Shown here: piece after piece, positions 36,823-52,300 of the stretch
Layout of the letters: each line of letters begins with the position of its first letter
Numbering within the stretch: the stretch's first letter is position 1
NCBI GenBank assembly: GCA_009914755.4
Contig: CP086569.2
Coordinates: 27,744,001 to 27,808,000 of the forward strand
DNA: 64,000 nt
Source of the DNA: the human T2T-CHM13v2.0 reference genome, Homo sapiens
Direction: 5' to 3'
Program-made: the position numbers and the translations under genes
Notes under the pieces: model-generated
Database searches by the model: none
The model's input: only the letters and a program-made list of their open reading frames with translations
Told to the model about the DNA's origin: nothing

Positions 36823-39800
36823 TGGGGTGTATTGGAATTCTATGGAGTGGAGTGGAGTGGATTGGAGTGGAATGGAGTGGAATGAACTGGAGTAGAGTGG
36901 AATGGATTGGAGTGGAGTGTAGTGGACTGGAGTGGAGTGCTGTGGAGTCGAGTAGATTGTGGTGGGGTGGAGTGGATTGGAGTCGAATAGAGTGGAGTGG
37001 AGTGTAATGGAATGGAATGGAATCAAATCACATGGTAACAAATCAAATCGAATGGAAAAAATGTAATTGTATGCAAACGAATGGAATCGAATTGCACTGA
37101 TTCTACTGAGTTCGAATAAAATCAAATGAAATGCGGTGAAGTGGAGTGGAGTGGAATGAAATGGGTTGGGAAGGAATTCAATGGTGTGGAGTGCAGTGGA
37201 GTGTGCTGGAGTGGAATGGAATGGAATGGAATGGGAAGGAGAGGAATTTTACAGAGTGGAGTGGAATGGAGCGGAATGGAGTGTAATGGAGTGGAGTGGA
37301 GTGGAGTGGAATGGGTTGGAGTGGAGTGCAGTGGACAGGAGTGGAGTGCAGTGGACTGGGGTGTAGTGGAGTGGAAAAGAGTGGAGCGGAGTGGAATGGA
37401 ATGGAATGGAATGGAATGGAATCGCATGGTATTGAATCAAATCCAACTGAATTAAATCGAAAGGAAAAAATGGAATCGAATGCAAACAAATGGAATCGAA
37501 TCACATCGTTTCGACTGACATTGAATAAAATCAAAAGAAATGCGTTGAAGTGGAGTGGAGTGGAATGAAATGGGCTGGAATGGAATTGAATGGAGTTGAT
37601 TGCAGTGGAGTCGACTGGAGTGGAACGGAATGGAATGGGAAGGAATGGAATTAAATGGAGTGGAGTGCAGTACAGTGAAATGGAGTGGAATGGTATGGAA
37701 TGGGATGGAATGGAATTGCATAGAATAGAATCGAATTGAATCTAATGTAACTGAACGGAAAAAATGGAAATGAATAGAATCAAAAACAACGGATTCGACT
37801 GGCATCTAATAGAATGAAATGGAATGCGGTGAGGTGGAGTGGATTGTAATGGAGTTGAATGGAATGGGGTGTAATTGAATTGAGTGGAGTGGAGTGGAGT
37901 GAACTGGAGTGGAATGGAATGGAATGGGCAGGCATGGAATTGAAAGGCGTGGAGTGGTGTGGAATTGAGAGGAGTGGAATGGAGTAGGGTGGATTGTAGT
38001 GGAGAATATTGGAAAAGAGTGGAGTGGAATGGAATGGAATGGAGTGGACCGGAATGGAATGGAATTGAGTGAAGTGGAGTGTAGTGGAATGGAGAGTAAT
38101 GGAGTGGAGTGGACTGGAGTGGAGTACATAGCAGTGCATTGGACTGTAGGGGATAGAAGTGGCTTGGAATCCAAAGGAGTGGAGTGGAAGGGAATGGAAT
38201 GGAGTGGAATGGACTGGAACGGAATGGAATGGAATGGATTTAAATGGCGGGGAATCAAATCGAATTGAATCATATTGAATCAAGTCGAATCGAGTGGAGG
38301 AAAGAAATCGAATGAAATCGAATGGAATGAGTTGAATGGAGTCGAATGTCAACCATGGAATCGAAAGTAATGTGGTAAAGTGGAGTGGAGTGGAGTGTTA
38401 TGGAGTGGAATGGAATGGGGTGACATGGAATTGAATACAGTGGAGAGGAGTGGAGTGGTTTGGGCTAGAGTGGAATGGAAAGGGAAGGAATGGAACTGAA
38501 TGGAGTGGAGTGGATATGGAGTGGAATGGAATGGAATGGAATGGAACGGAATGGAGTGGAATGGAATCGAATCACATGGAACTGAATGAAATCGAATTGA
38601 ATGAAATTGACTGGAGAAAATGGAATCAAATGGAATCAAATCGAATGGATTCGAGTGACATTGAATGGAATCGAAAGGAATGCAGTGAGGTGGGGTTGAG
38701 TGGAATGGAATGGGATGAATGGAATTGAATGGAGTGGAGTGGAATGGAATGGAATGGAACGGAAAGGAATGGAATTGAACAAAGTGGAGTGGAGTGTATT
38801 GGAGTGGAGTGCAGGGGAGTACAGTGGAATGAAGAGGAGTGTAGTTGAATGGAATGGAATGTATGGAACGTACGGGAATAGAATGGATAAGAATGGAATG
38901 GAATGGAATCGCATGGAATTGAATAGAATCAAATCGAATTGAATAGAATCAAAAGGAAAAAATGGAGTCAAATGGAATCCAATGGCATAGAATCGAACGG
39001 TTTTGAATGGCAGTGAATGGAAACGAAAGGAATGCGATGAAGTGGAGCGCAGTGGAGTGGAAAGGAGTGCAATGGAATAGGGTGGAACTGAATTTAGTGG
39101 AACAGAGTGGATTGGAGTGGACTGGAGTGGAATGGAATGGGAAGGAATGGGATTGAAAGGAGTGGCGTGCAGTGGAGTGGAGTGGCATGGAGTGGAGTGG
39201 AGTGGCATGGAGTGGAATAGAATGGAGTGGAATGGAGTGGATTGGAATGGAATGGAGTGGAGTGGAATGGAATGGAATAGTATAGAGTGGACAGGAATGG
39301 AGTGGAGTGGATTGGAATGGAATGGAATGGAATGGAATGGAATGGAACTGAATGGACTGGAATTGAATGTAATAGAATTGAATCGCAGGGAATCAAATTG
39401 GTTTGAATCGAATCGAATGGAAAAAATGAAATCAAATGAAATTGAATGGAATCGAAATGAATGTAAACAATGGAATCCAATGGAATCAAATGGAATGGAA
39501 TCAAATGGTTTTGAATGGCTTAAAATGAAATCGCATGGAAGGCAGTGAATTGGAGTGGAGTGGAATAGAGAGGAATGAATTGGAATGGAGTACAGTGGAA
39601 TGTAGTGGATTCCAGTGGAGTGGAGTGGATTGGATTAGAATGGAATGGAACAGATTGGATTGGAGTTGTGCAGAGTGGAGTGGACTGGAGTGGAGAGGAA
39701 TGGAGTGGAGTGAAGTCGAGTTGAGTGGAATGGAATGGAGTGGAGCAGAGTGGAATGAAAAAGAATGAAGTGGATTGGTATGGAATGGAATGGCGTGGAA

Positions 39801-39985
39801 TGGAGTGGAATAGAATGGAATGGAATCGCATGGAAGGATATCAAATCAAATGGAATCGAACGGAAAATTATGAATCCAATGGAATCGAAAGGATTCTAAA
39901 GGAATGGATTTGAAAGGCATTGAATGGAATGGAAAGGAATGCAGTGAAATGGAGTGGAGTGGAGTGGATTGTTATAGAGTGAAAT
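36823..39985 (+). repeat. Transition-zone unit (beta anchor, type I interior), ~3163 bp
   Basis: The beta anchor lies at ~36822 and the next alpha anchor (variant 'gaaatatggtggattggaactctatgg') at ~39986. Landmarks at 37126, 38450, 38949, 39117, 39535 and 39725. Confidence 0.7.
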
Positions 39986-42900
39986 ATGGTGGATTGGAAC
40001 TCTATGGGGTGAAGTGGAGCGAAGTTGATTAGAGTGGAATGGAGTGCAATGGACTGGAGTGGAGTGGAATGGATTGGAGTAGAGTGGAGTGGATCGGAGT
40101 GTAGTGCCGTGGAGTGGACTAGAGTGGGGTGGATTGGAGTGCATTGGAGTGGAATGGAGTGGAGTGCGGTGGAATGGAATGGAATGGCATCAAATCGCAT
40201 GGTAATGAATCAAATGGAATCAAATGGAATGGAAATAATGGAATCAAAGGCAAACGAATGGAATCGAATTGCACTGATTCTACTGACTTCGAAGAAAATG
40301 AAATGAAACGCGGTGAAGTGGAGTGGATTGGAATGTATTAGGGTGGAATGGAATTGAATGGTGTGGAGTGGAGTGGAGTGCCCAGGAGTGGAATGGGAAG
40401 AAATGGAATTGAACGGAGTGGAGTGGAGTTGAATGGAGGGTAATGGAGTGGAATGGAGTGGAGTGGAGTAGAGTGGAATGGGTTGGAGTGGAATGCAGAG
40501 GACAGGAGTGGAGTGCGGTGGACTGGAGTGGAGTGGAGTTGAGTGGAGTGGATTGGATTGAAACAGAGTGGAGCAGAGTGGAATGGAATTGAATCACATG
40601 GTATTGAATCAAATCGAATGGAATTAAATCGAATGAAAAAATGGAATCAAAAGCAAACGAATGGAGTCAAACCACATTGGTTAGACTGACATCGAATAAT
40701 GTCAAAAGAAATGTGGTGAAGTGGAGTGGAGTGTAATGAAATGGGGTGGAATGAAATTGAATGGAGTGGAGTGGAGTCTACTGGAGTGGAATGGAATGGA
40801 ATGGAAAGGAATGGAATAGAATGGAGTGAAGTGCAGTGCAGTGAAATGGAGTGGAAAGGAATGGAATGGAAAGAATTGAATCAAATGGAATCGAAGTGAA
40901 TCGAATCTAATGAAATTGAAGGCAAAAAATGGAATGAGTAGAATCGAAAAAGATGGATTCAAATGGCAAAAAATAAAATTGAATGGAATGCGGTGAGGTG
41001 GAGTGGATTGGAATGGAGTTGAATGGAATGAGGTGTAATTGAATTGAATGGAGTGGAGTGGAGTGAACTGGAGTGGAATGGAATGGAATGGCATGGGCAG
41101 GAATGGAATTGAAAGGGTTGAAGTGGAATTGAGTGGTGTGGATCGGAGTAGACTTCATTGTAGTGGATTGGAGTGGAAAGAAGTGGAGTGGAATGGAATG
41201 GAATGCAATGGAGAGGAGTGGAATGGAGTGGAATGGAGAATAATGGAGTGGAGTGGACTGGAGCGGAGTGGAGTGTAGTGCATTGGACTGTCGGGGATTG
41301 AAGTGGCTTGGAGTGCAATGGAGTAGAGTGGAATGGAATGGAATGGAGTGGAATGCACTGGAATGAATTGGAATGAAATGGATTGGAATCGCATGGAATC
41401 GAATAGAATCGAATCATATAGAATTGAGTGAAATCGAATGGAAAAAAGAAATCGAAAGAAATTAAAAGGAATGAATCGAATGGAGTTGAATGTCATCCAG
41501 TGGAATTGAAAGGAATGCGGTAAAGTGGAGTGGAGTGGATTTAAATGGAGTGGAATGGAATGGGGAGACATGGAATTGAATAGAGTGGAGTGGAGTGGAT
41601 TGGACTGGAGTGGAATGGAATGGAATGGGAAGGAATGGAACTGAACGGAGTGGAGTGGAGTGGAGTGGAATGGAGTAGAATGTAATGGAGTGGAATGGAA
41701 TCTAATCCCTTGGAATTGAATCAAATCGAATCGAATGAAATCAGATGGAAAAATGGAATCAAATGGAATCAAGTCAAATAAATTCGAAAGGCATTGAAAG
41801 GAATCGAATTGAATGCGGTGAGGTGGAGTTGAGTTGAATGAAGTGGAATGGAATGATGTGTAATGGAATTGAATGGAGTGGAGAGGAGTGGAATGGAATG
41901 GAATGGAAAGAATGGAAATGAACAAAGTGGAGTGGAGTGGAATGGAGTGGATTGGAGTGCAGTGAAGCGGAGTGAAGTGCAATGAAGAGGAATGGCGTGG
42001 AGAGGAATGGAATGGAATGTTATGGAATGTACTGGAATGGAATGGATAAGAATGGAATGGAATGGAATCACATGGAATACAATAGAATTGAATGGAATTC
42101 AATAGAATCAAATGGGAAAAATGGAGTCGAAATGAATCGAATGGAATTGAATCGAATGGTTTTAAATGGTGGTGAATGGAAACACAAGGAAGGCGATGAA
42201 GTGGAGTGGAGTGGAATGGAAAGGAGTGCCATGGAATGGGGTAAAATTGAATGTAATGCAATGGAGTGGATTGGAGTGGACTGGAGTGGAATGGGAAGGA
42301 ATGGGAAGGAATGGAATTGAAAGGAGTCGAGTAGAGTGGAATGGAGTGGAGTGCAGTGGAATGGAGTGGCAAGAAACGGAGTGGAATAGAGTGGATTGAA
42401 ATGGAGTTGAATGCAGAGGAATGCAATGGAATGGAATAGAGTGGACAGGAATGGAGTGGAGTGGGTTGGAATGGAATGGACTGGAGAGGAATGGAAGATA
42501 ATGGACTGGACTGGACGGGAATGTAATGGAATCGCAGGGAATGGAATCGAATCGAATTGAATACAATCAAATGGAAAAATGGAATCAAACGGAATCGAAT
42601 GGAATTGAATTGAATGTAAAAAATGGAATCAAATGGAATGGAATCGAATGGTTTTGAATGGCATCAAATGAAATCGAATGGAAAGTAGTGAATTGGAGTG
42701 GAGTGGAATGGAGAGGAATGGATTGGAATGGAGTTCAATGGAGTGGAGTGGAATGGAGTGGAATAGAGTGGAGTGGAGTGGATAGGATTGGAATGGAATG
42801 GAATGGATTGCAGTGGAGTGGTGCAGAGTGGAGTGGACTGGAGTGGAGAGGAATGGAGTGGAGTGAAGTCGAGTTGAGTGGAATGGAATGAAGTGGAGTG

Positions 42901-45900
42901 GAGTGGAATGCAGTGGAATGCAGTAGAATGAAGTGGATTGGAATGGAATGGAATGGCGTGGAATGGAGTGGAATGGAATGGAATGGAGTGGAATGGAATG
43001 GAATGGAATAGCATGGAATGAAATCGAATCAAATCGAATGCAATGGAAAATTATGAATCAAATGGAATCGAATGGATTCCAAAAGAGTGGATTCTAATGG
43101 AATTGCATGGAGTGGAAAGGAATGCGGTGAAGTGGAGTGGAGTGGAATGTATTGGATTGGAATGGGGTGGATTGGAATTCTATGGAGTGGAGTGGAGTGA
43201 AGTGGATTGGAGTGGAATGGAGTGGAATGAACTGGAGTAGAGTGGAATGGATTGGAGTGGAGTGTAGTGGAATAGAGTGGAGTGCATTGTAGTGGAGTAG
43301 AGTGGGTTGGGGTGGAGTGGATTGGAGTAGAATAGAGTGGAGTGGAGTGTAATGGAATGGAATGGAATCAAATCACATGGTAACGAATCAAATCGAATGG
43401 AAAAAATGGAATTGAATGCTAACGAATGGAATGGAATTGCACTGATTCTACTGAGTTCGAATAAAATCAAATGAAATGCGGTGAAGTGGAATGGAGTGGA
43501 ATGAAATGGGTTGGAAAGGAATTCAATGGTGTGGAGAGGAGTGGAGTGTCCTGGAGTGGAATGGAATGGAATGGAATGGGAAGGAGAGGAATTTTACGGA
43601 GTGGAGTGGAATGGAGCGGACTAGAGTGTAATGGAGTGGAGTGGAGTGGAATGGGTTGGAGTGGAGTGCAGTGGACAGGAGTGGAGTGCCGTGGACTGGA
43701 GTGGAGTGGAGTGGATTGCAGTGGAAAAGAGTGGAGCGGAGTGGAATGGAATGGAATGTAATGGAATCGCATGGTATTGAATCAAATCCAACTGAATTAA
43801 ATCGAATGGAAAAAATGGAATCGAATTCCAACAAATGGAATCGAATCGCGTCGTTTCGACTGACATTGAATAAAATCAAAAGAAATGCGTTGAAGTGGAG
43901 TGGAGTGGAATGAAATGGGGTGGAATGGAATTGAATGGAGTTGATTGGAGTGGAGTCGACTGGAGTGGAACGGAATGCAATGGGAAGGAATGGAATTAAA
44001 TGGAGTGGAGTGCAGTACAGTGAAATGGAGTGGAATGGTATGGAATGGAAAGGAAGGCATTTGCATGGAATTGAATCGAATCGAATCGAATGTAATTGAA
44101 CGGAAAAAAATGGAACTGAATAGAATCGAAAACAATGGATTCGACTGACATCTAATAGAATGAAATGGAATGCGGTGAGGTGGAGTGGATTGTAATGGAG
44201 TTGAATGGAATGGGGTGTAATTGAATTGAATGGAGTGGAGTGGAGTGAACTGGAGTGGAATGGAATGGAATGGGCAGGCATGGAATTGAAAGGCGTGGAG
44301 TGGAGTGGAATTGAGAGGAGTGGAATGGAGTAGGGTGGATTGTAGTGGAGAGTATTGGAAAAGAGTGGAGTGGAATGGAACGGAATGGAGTGGAGTGGAA
44401 TGGAATGGAATTGAGTAAAGAGGAGTGGAATGGAGAGTAATGGAGTGGAGTGGACTGGAGTGGAGTAGATTGCAGTGCATTTTACTGTAGGGGATAGAAG
44501 TGGTTTGGAGTGCAATGGAGTGGAGTGGAATGGAATGGAATGGAGTGGAATGGACTGGAACGGAATGGAATGGAATGGATTTAAAAGGCAGGGAATCAAA
44601 TCGAATTGAATCATATGGAATCAAGTCGAATCGACTGGAGGAAAGAAATCCAATGAAATCGAATGGAATGAATTGAATGGAGTCGAATGTCAACCATGGA
44701 ATCGAAAGGAATGTGGTAAAGTGGAGTGGAGTGGAGTGTTATGGAGTGGAATGGAATGGGGTGACATGGAATTGAATACAGTGGAGAGGAGTGGAGTGGA
44801 TTGGGTTAGAGTGGAATGGAAAGGGAAGGAATGGAACTGAATGGAGTGGAGTGGAATGGAGTGGAATGGAATGGAATGGAATGGAATGGAATGGAATGGA
44901 ATGGAGTGGAATGGAATCGAATCACATGGAACTGAATCAAATCGAATTGAATGAAATTGAATGGAGAAAATGGAGTCAAATGGAATCAAATCGAATGGAT
45001 TCGAATGACATTGAATGGAATGGAAAGGAATGCAGTGAGGTGGAGTTGAGTGGAATGGAGTGGAATGGAATGGGATGAATGGAATTGAATGGAGTGGAGT
45101 GGAATGGAATGGAAAGGAAAGGAAAGGAATTGAATTGAACAAAATGGAGTGGAGTAGAATGGAGTGGATTGGTGTGGAGTGCAGGGGAGTGCAGTGGAAT
45201 GAAGAGGAGTGTAGTTGAATGGAATGGAATGGTATGGAACGTACTGGAATGGAATGGATAAGAGTGGAATGGAATGGAATCGCATGGAATTGAATAGAAT
45301 CAAATCGAATTGAATAGAAACAAATGGAAAAAATGGAGTCAAATGGAATCGAATGGCATAGAATCGAACGGTTTTGAATGGCAGTGAATGCAAACGAATG
45401 GAATGCGATGAAGTGGAGCGGACTGGATTGGAAAGGAGTGCAATGGAATAGGGCGGAACTGAATTTAATGGAGCAGAGTGGATTGGAGTGGACTGGAGTG
45501 TAAAGGAATGGAAGGAATGGGATTGAAAGGAGTGGCGTGCAGTGGATTGGAGTGGCATGGAGTGGAGTGGAGTGGAATGGAGTGGAATGGAATGGAGTGG
45601 AATGGAGTGGATTGGAATGGAATGGAGTGCAGAGGAATGGAATGGAATGGTATAGAGTGGACAGGAAAGGAGTGGAGTGGATTGGAATGGAATGGAATGG
45701 AAAGGAATGGAACTGAATGGACTGGAATGGAATGGAATAGAATGGAATTGCAGGGAATCAAATTGGATTGAATCGAATCGAATGGAAAAAGTGAAATCAA
45801 ATGAAATTGAATGGAATCGAATTGAATGTAAAAAATGGAATCCAATGGAATCAAATGGAATTCAATCAAATGGTTAGGAATGGTGAAAAATGAAATCGCA

Positions 45901-46348
45901 TGGAAGGCAGTGAATTGGAGTGGAGTGGAATAGAGAGGAATGAATTGGAATGTAGTGAAGTGGAATGGAGTGGATTCCAGTGGAGTGGAGTGGATTGGAT
46001 TGGAATGGAATGGAATAGATTAGATTGGAGTGGTGCAGAGTGGACTGGACTGGAATGGAGAGGAATGGAGTGGAGTGAAGTCGAGTTGAGTGGAATGGAA
46101 TGGAGTGGAGCAGAGTGGAATGCAAAAGAATGAAGTGGATTGGTATGGAATGGAATGGCGTGGAATGGAGTGGAATAGAATGGAATGGAATCGCATGGAA
46201 GGATATCAAATCAAATGGAATCGAACGGAAAATTATGAATCCAATGGAATCGAAAGGATTCTAAAGGAATGGATTCGAAAGGCATTGAATGGAATGGAAA
46301 GGAATGCAGTGAAGTGGAGTGGAGTGGAGTGGATTGTTTTAGAGTGAA
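39986..46348 (+). repeat. Dimeric HOR copy 1 (~6363 bp): alpha subunit with diverged 'type II' interior (39986-43162) plus beta subunit with type I interior (43163-46348)
   Basis: Type II-specific pseudo-ORFs 'MKRNGVERNGMECYGMYW...' (41982), 'MVVNGNTRKAMKWSGVEWKG...' (42166) and 'MASNEIEWKVVNW...' (42658) sit between the alpha anchor and the beta anchor (~43163). 'MKCGEVEW...' at 43471 marks the beta subunit. Confidence 0.8.
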
Positions 46349-49300
46349 ATGGGTTGGATTGGAACTCTATGGGGTGGAGTGGAGCGAAGTGGATTGGATT
46401 GGAATGGAGTACAATGGACTGGAGTGGAGTCGAATGGATTGGAGTGGAGTGTAGTGGATCGGAGTGGAGTGCCGTGGAGTGGACTAGAGTGGGGTAGAGT
46501 GGAGTGCATTGGAGTGGAATGGGGTGGAGTGGGGTGGAATGGAATGGAATGGCATCAAATCGCATGGTAATGAATCAAATGGAATCAAATGGAACGGAAA
46601 TAATGGAATCGAAGACAAACGAATGGAATCGAATTGCACTGATTCTACTGACTTGGAAGAAAATGAAATGAAATGCGGTGAAGTGGAGTGGAGTGGAATG
46701 TATTAGGGTGGAATGGAATTGAATGGTGTGGAGTGGGGTGGAGTGCCCAGGAGTGGAATGGGAAGAAATGGGATTGAACGGAGTGGAGTGGAGTGGAATG
46801 GAGGGTAATGGAGTGGAATGGAGTGGAGTGGAGTAGAGTGGAATGGGTTGGAGTGGAATGCAGAGGACAGGAGTGGAGTGCGGTGGACTGGAGTGGAGTG
46901 GAGTTGAGTGGAGTGGATTGGATTGAAATAGAGCGGAGCAGAGTGGAATGGAATTGAATCACATGGTATTGAATCAAATCGAATGGAATTAAATCGAATG
47001 AAAAAATGGAATCAAAAGCAAACGAATGGAGTCAAACCACATTGGTTAGACTGACATCGAATAATATCAAAAGCAATGTGGTGAAGTGGAGTAGAGTGTA
47101 ATGAAATGGGGTGGAATGAAATTGAATGGAGTGGAGTGGAGTCTACTGGAGTGGAATGGAATGGAAAGGAAAGGAATGGAATAGAATGGAGTGAAGTGCA
47201 GTGCATTGAAATGGAGTGGAAAGGAATGGAATGGAATGGAATCAAATGGAATCGAAGTGAATCGAATCTAATGAAATTGAATGGAAAAAATGGAATGAGT
47301 AGAATCGAAAAAGATGGATTCAAATGGCAACAAATAGAATTGAATGGAATGCGGTGAGGTGGAGGGGATTGGAATGGAGTTGAATGGAATGGGGTGTAAT
47401 TGAATTGAATGGAGTGGATTGGATTGGAGTGGACTGGAGTGGAATGGAATGGCATGGGCAGGAATGGAATTGAAAGGGTTGAAGTGGAATTGAGTGGTGT
47501 GGATCGGAGTAGACTGCATTGTAGTGGATTGGAGTGGAAAGAAGTGGAGTGGAATGGAATGGAATGCAATGGAGTGGAGTGGAATGGAGTGGAATGGAGA
47601 GTAATGGAGTGGAGTGGACTGGAGCGGAGTGGAGTGTAGTGCATTGGACTGTAGGGGATTGAAGTGGCTTGGAGTACAATGGAGTGGAGTGGAATGGAAT
47701 GGAATGGAGTGGAATGCACTGGAATGAATTGGAATGAAATGGATTGGAATCGCATGGAATCGAATAGAATCGAATCATATAGAATTGAGTGAAATCGAAT
47801 GGAAAAAAGAAATCGAAAGAAATTAAAAGGAATGAATCGAATGGAGTTGAATGTCATCCAGTGGAATTGAAAGGAATGCGGTAAAGTGGAGTGGAGTGGA
47901 TTTAAATGGAGTGGAATGGAATGGGGAGACATGGAATTGAATAGAGTGGAGTGGAGTGGATTGGACTGGAGTGGAATGGAATGGAATGGGAAGGAATGGA
48001 ACTGAACGGAGTGGAGTGGAGTGGAGTGGAATGGAGTAGAATGTAATGGAGTGGAATGGAATCGAATCCCTTGGAATTGAATGAAATCGAATCGAATGAA
48101 ATCAGATGGAAAAAATGGAATCAAATGGAATCAAATCAAATGAATTCGAAAGGCATTGAAAGGAATCGAATTGAATGCGGTGAGGTGGAGTTGAGTTGAA
48201 TGAAGTGGAATGGAATGATGTGTAATGGAATTGAATGGAGTGGAGAGGAGTGGAATGGAATGGAATGGAAAGAATGGAAATGAACAAAGTGGAGTGGAGT
48301 GGAATGGAGTGGATTGGAGTGCAGTGAAGCGGAGTGAAGTGCAATGAAGAGGAATGGCGTGGAGAGGAATGGAATGGAATGTTATGGAATGTACTGGAAT
48401 GGAATGGATAAGAATGGAATGGAATGGAATCACATGGAATACAATAGAACTGAATGGAATTCAATGGAATCAAATGGGAAAAATGGAGTCGAAAGGAATC
48501 GAATGGAATTGAATCGAATGGTTTTAAATGGTGGTGAATGGAAACACAAGGAAGGCGATGAAGTGGAGTGGAGTGGAATGGAAAGGAGTGCCATGGAATG
48601 GGGTAAAATTGAATTTAATGCAATGGAGTGGATTGGAGTGGACTGGAGTGGAATGGGAAGGAATGGGAAGGAATGGAATTGAAAGGAGTCGAGTAGAGTG
48701 GAATGGAGTGGAGTGGAATGGAGTGGCAAGAAAAGGAGTGGAATGGAGTGGATTGAAATGGAGTTGAATGCAGAGGAATGGAATGGAATGGAATAGAGTA
48801 GACAGGAATGGAGTGGAGTGGGTTGGAATGGAATTGACTGGAGAGGAATGGAAGATAATGCACTGGACTGGACTGGAATGTAATGGAATCGCAGGGAATG
48901 GAATCGAATCGAACTGAATAGAATCAAATGGAAAAATGGAATCAAATGGAATCGAATGGAATTGGATTGAATGTAAAAAATGGAATCAAATTGAATGGAA
49001 TCGAATGGTTTTGAATGGCATCAAATGAAATCGAATGGAAAGTAGTGAATTGGAGTGGAGTGGAATGGAGAGGAATGCATTGGAATGGAGTTCCATGGAG
49101 TGGAGTGGAATGGAGTGGATTAGAGTGGAGTGGAGTGGATAGGATTGGAATGGAATGGAATGGATTTGTAGTGGAGTGGTGCAGATTGGAGTGGACTGGA
49201 ATGGAGAGGAATGGAGTGGAGTGAAGTCGAGTTGAGTGGAATGGAATGAAGTGGAGTGGAGTGGAATGCAGTGGAATGCAGTAGAATGAAGTGGATTGGA

Positions 49301-52300
49301 ATGGAATGGAATGGCGTGGAATGGAGTGGAATGGAATGGAATGGAGTGGAATGGAATGGAATGGAATAGCATGGAATGAAATCGAATCAAATCGAATGCA
49401 AGGGAAAATTATGAATCAAATGTAATCGAATGGATTCCAAATGAGTGGATTCGAATGGCATTGCATGGAGTGGAAAGGAACGCGGTGAAGTGGAGTGGAG
49501 TGGAATGTATTGGATTGGAATGGGGTGGATTGGAATTCTATGGAGTGGAGAGGAGTGAAGTGGATTGGAGTGGAATGGAGTGGAATGAACTGGAGTAGAG
49601 TGGAATGGATTGGAGTGGAGTGTAGTGGAATGGAGTGGAGTGGTGTGGAGTGGAGTAGAGTGGGTTGGGGTGGAGTGGATTGGAGTAGAATAGAGTGGAG
49701 TGGAGTGTAATGGAATGGAATGGAATCAAATCACATGGTAACGAATCAAATCGAATGGAAAAAAATGGAATTGAATGCAAACGAATGGAATGGAATTGCA
49801 CTGATTCTACTGAGTTCGAATAAAATCAAATGAAATGCGGTGAAGTGGAATGGAGTGGAATGAAATGGGTTGGAAACTAATTCAATGGTGTGGAGAGGAG
49901 TGGAGTGTCCTGGAGTGGAATGGAATGGAATGGAATGGGAAGGAGAGGAATTTTACGGAGTGGAGTGGAATGGAGCGGACTAGAGTGTAATGGAGTGGAG
50001 TGGAGTGGAATGGGTTGGAGCGGAGTGCAGTGGACAGGAGTGGAGTGCGTGGACTGGAGTGGAGTGGAGTGGATTGCAGTGGAAAAGAGTGGAGCGGAGT
50101 GGAATGGAATGGAATGTAATGGAATCGCATGGTATTGAATCAAATCCAACTGAATTAAATCGAATGGAAAAAATGGAATCGAATTCCAACAAATGGAATC
50201 GAATCGCGTCGTTTCGACTGACATTGAATAAAATGAAAAGAAATGCGTTGAAGTGGAGTGGAGTGGAATGAAATGGGGTGGAATGGAATTGAATGGAGTT
50301 GATTGGAGTGGAGTCGACTGGAGTGGAACGGAATGGAATGGGAAGGAATGGAATTAAATGGAGTGGAGCGCAGTACAGTGAAATGGAGTGGAATGGTATG
50401 GAATGGAATGGAAGGGAATTGCATGGAATTGAATCGAATCGAATCTAATGTAATTGAACGGAAAAAAATGGAACTGAATAGAATCGAAAACAATGGATTC
50501 GACTGGCATCTAATAGAATGAAATGGAATGTGGTGAGGTGGAGTGGATTGTAATGGAGTTGAATGGAATGGGGTGTAATTGAATTGAATGGAGTGGAGTG
50601 GAGTGAACTGGAGTGGAATGGAATGGAATGGGCAGGCATGGAATTGAAAGGCGTGGAGTGGAGTGGAATTGAGAGGAGTGGAATGGAGTAGGGTGGATTG
50701 TAGTGGAGAGTATCGGAAAAGAGTGGAGTGGAATGGAACGGAATGGAGTGGAGTGGAATGGAATGGAATTGAGTAAAGAGGAGTGGAATGGAGAGTAATG
50801 GAGTGGAGTGGACTGGAGTGGAGTAGATTGCAGTGCATTTTACTGTAGGGGATAGAAGTGGCTTGGAGAGCAATGGAGTGGAGTGGAATGGAATGGAGTG
50901 GAATGGACTGGAACGGAATGGAATGGAATGGATTAAAAAGGCAGAGAATCAAATCGAATTGAATCATATGGAATCAAGTCGAATCGACTGGAGGAAAGAA
51001 ATCCAATGAAATCGAATGGAATGAATTGAATGGAGTCGAATGTCAACCATGGAATCGAAAGGAATGTGGTAAAGTGGAGTGGAGTGGAGTGTTATGGAGT
51101 GGAATGGAATGGGGTGACATGGAATTGAATACAGTGGAGAGGAGTGGAGTGGATTGGGTTAGAGTGGAATGGAAAGGGAAGGAATGGAACTGAATGGAGT
51201 GGAGTGGAATGGAGTGGAATGGAATGGAATGGAATGGAATGGAATGGAATGGAATGGAGTGGAATGGAATCGAATCACATGGAACTGAATCAAATCGAAT
51301 TGAATGAAATTGAATGGAGAAAATGGAGTCAAATGGAATCAAATCGAATGGATTCGAATGACATTGAATGGAATCGAAAGGAATGCAGTGAGGTGGAGTT
51401 GAGTGGAATGGAGTGGAATGGAATGGGATGAATGGAATTGAATGGAGTGGAGTGGAATGGAATGGAAAGGAAAGGAAAGGAATTGAATTGAACAAAATGG
51501 AGTGGATTAGAATGGAGTGGATTGGTGTGGAGTGCAGGGGAGTGCAGTGGAATGAAGAGGAGTGTAGTTGAATGGAATGGAATGGTATGGAACGTACTGG
51601 AATGGAATGGATAAGAGTGGAATGGAATGGAATCGCATGGAATTGAATAGAATCAAATCGAATTGAATAGAAACAAATGGAAAAAATGGAGTCAAATGGA
51701 ATCGAATGGCATAGAATCGAACGGTTTTGAATGGCAGTGAATGCAAACGAATGGAATGCGATGAAGTGGAGCGGACTGGATAGGAAAGGATTACAATGGA
51801 ATAGGGCGGAACTGAATTTAATGGAGCAGAGTGGATTGGAGTGGACTGGAGTGTAAAAGAATGGGAAGGAATGGGATTGAAAGGAGTGGCGTGCAGTGGA
51901 TTGGAGTGGCATGGAGTGGAGTGGAGTGGAATGGAGTGGAATGGAATGGAGTGGAATGGAGTGGATTAGAATGGAATGGAGTGCAGAGGAATGGAATGGA
52001 ATGGTATAGAGTGGACAGGAAAGGAGTGGAGTGGATTGGAATGGAATGGAATGGAAAGGAACGGAACTGAATGGACTGGAATGGAATGGAATAGAATGGA
52101 ATTGCAGGGAATCAAATTGGATTGAATCGAATCGAATGGAAAAAGTGAAATCAAATCAAATTGAATGGAATCGAATTGAATGTAAAAAATGGAATCCAAT
52201 GGAATCAAATGGAATTCAATCAAATGGTTTGGAATGGTGAAAAATGAAATCGCATGGAAGGCAGTGAATTGGAGTGGAGTGGAATAGAGAGGAATGAATT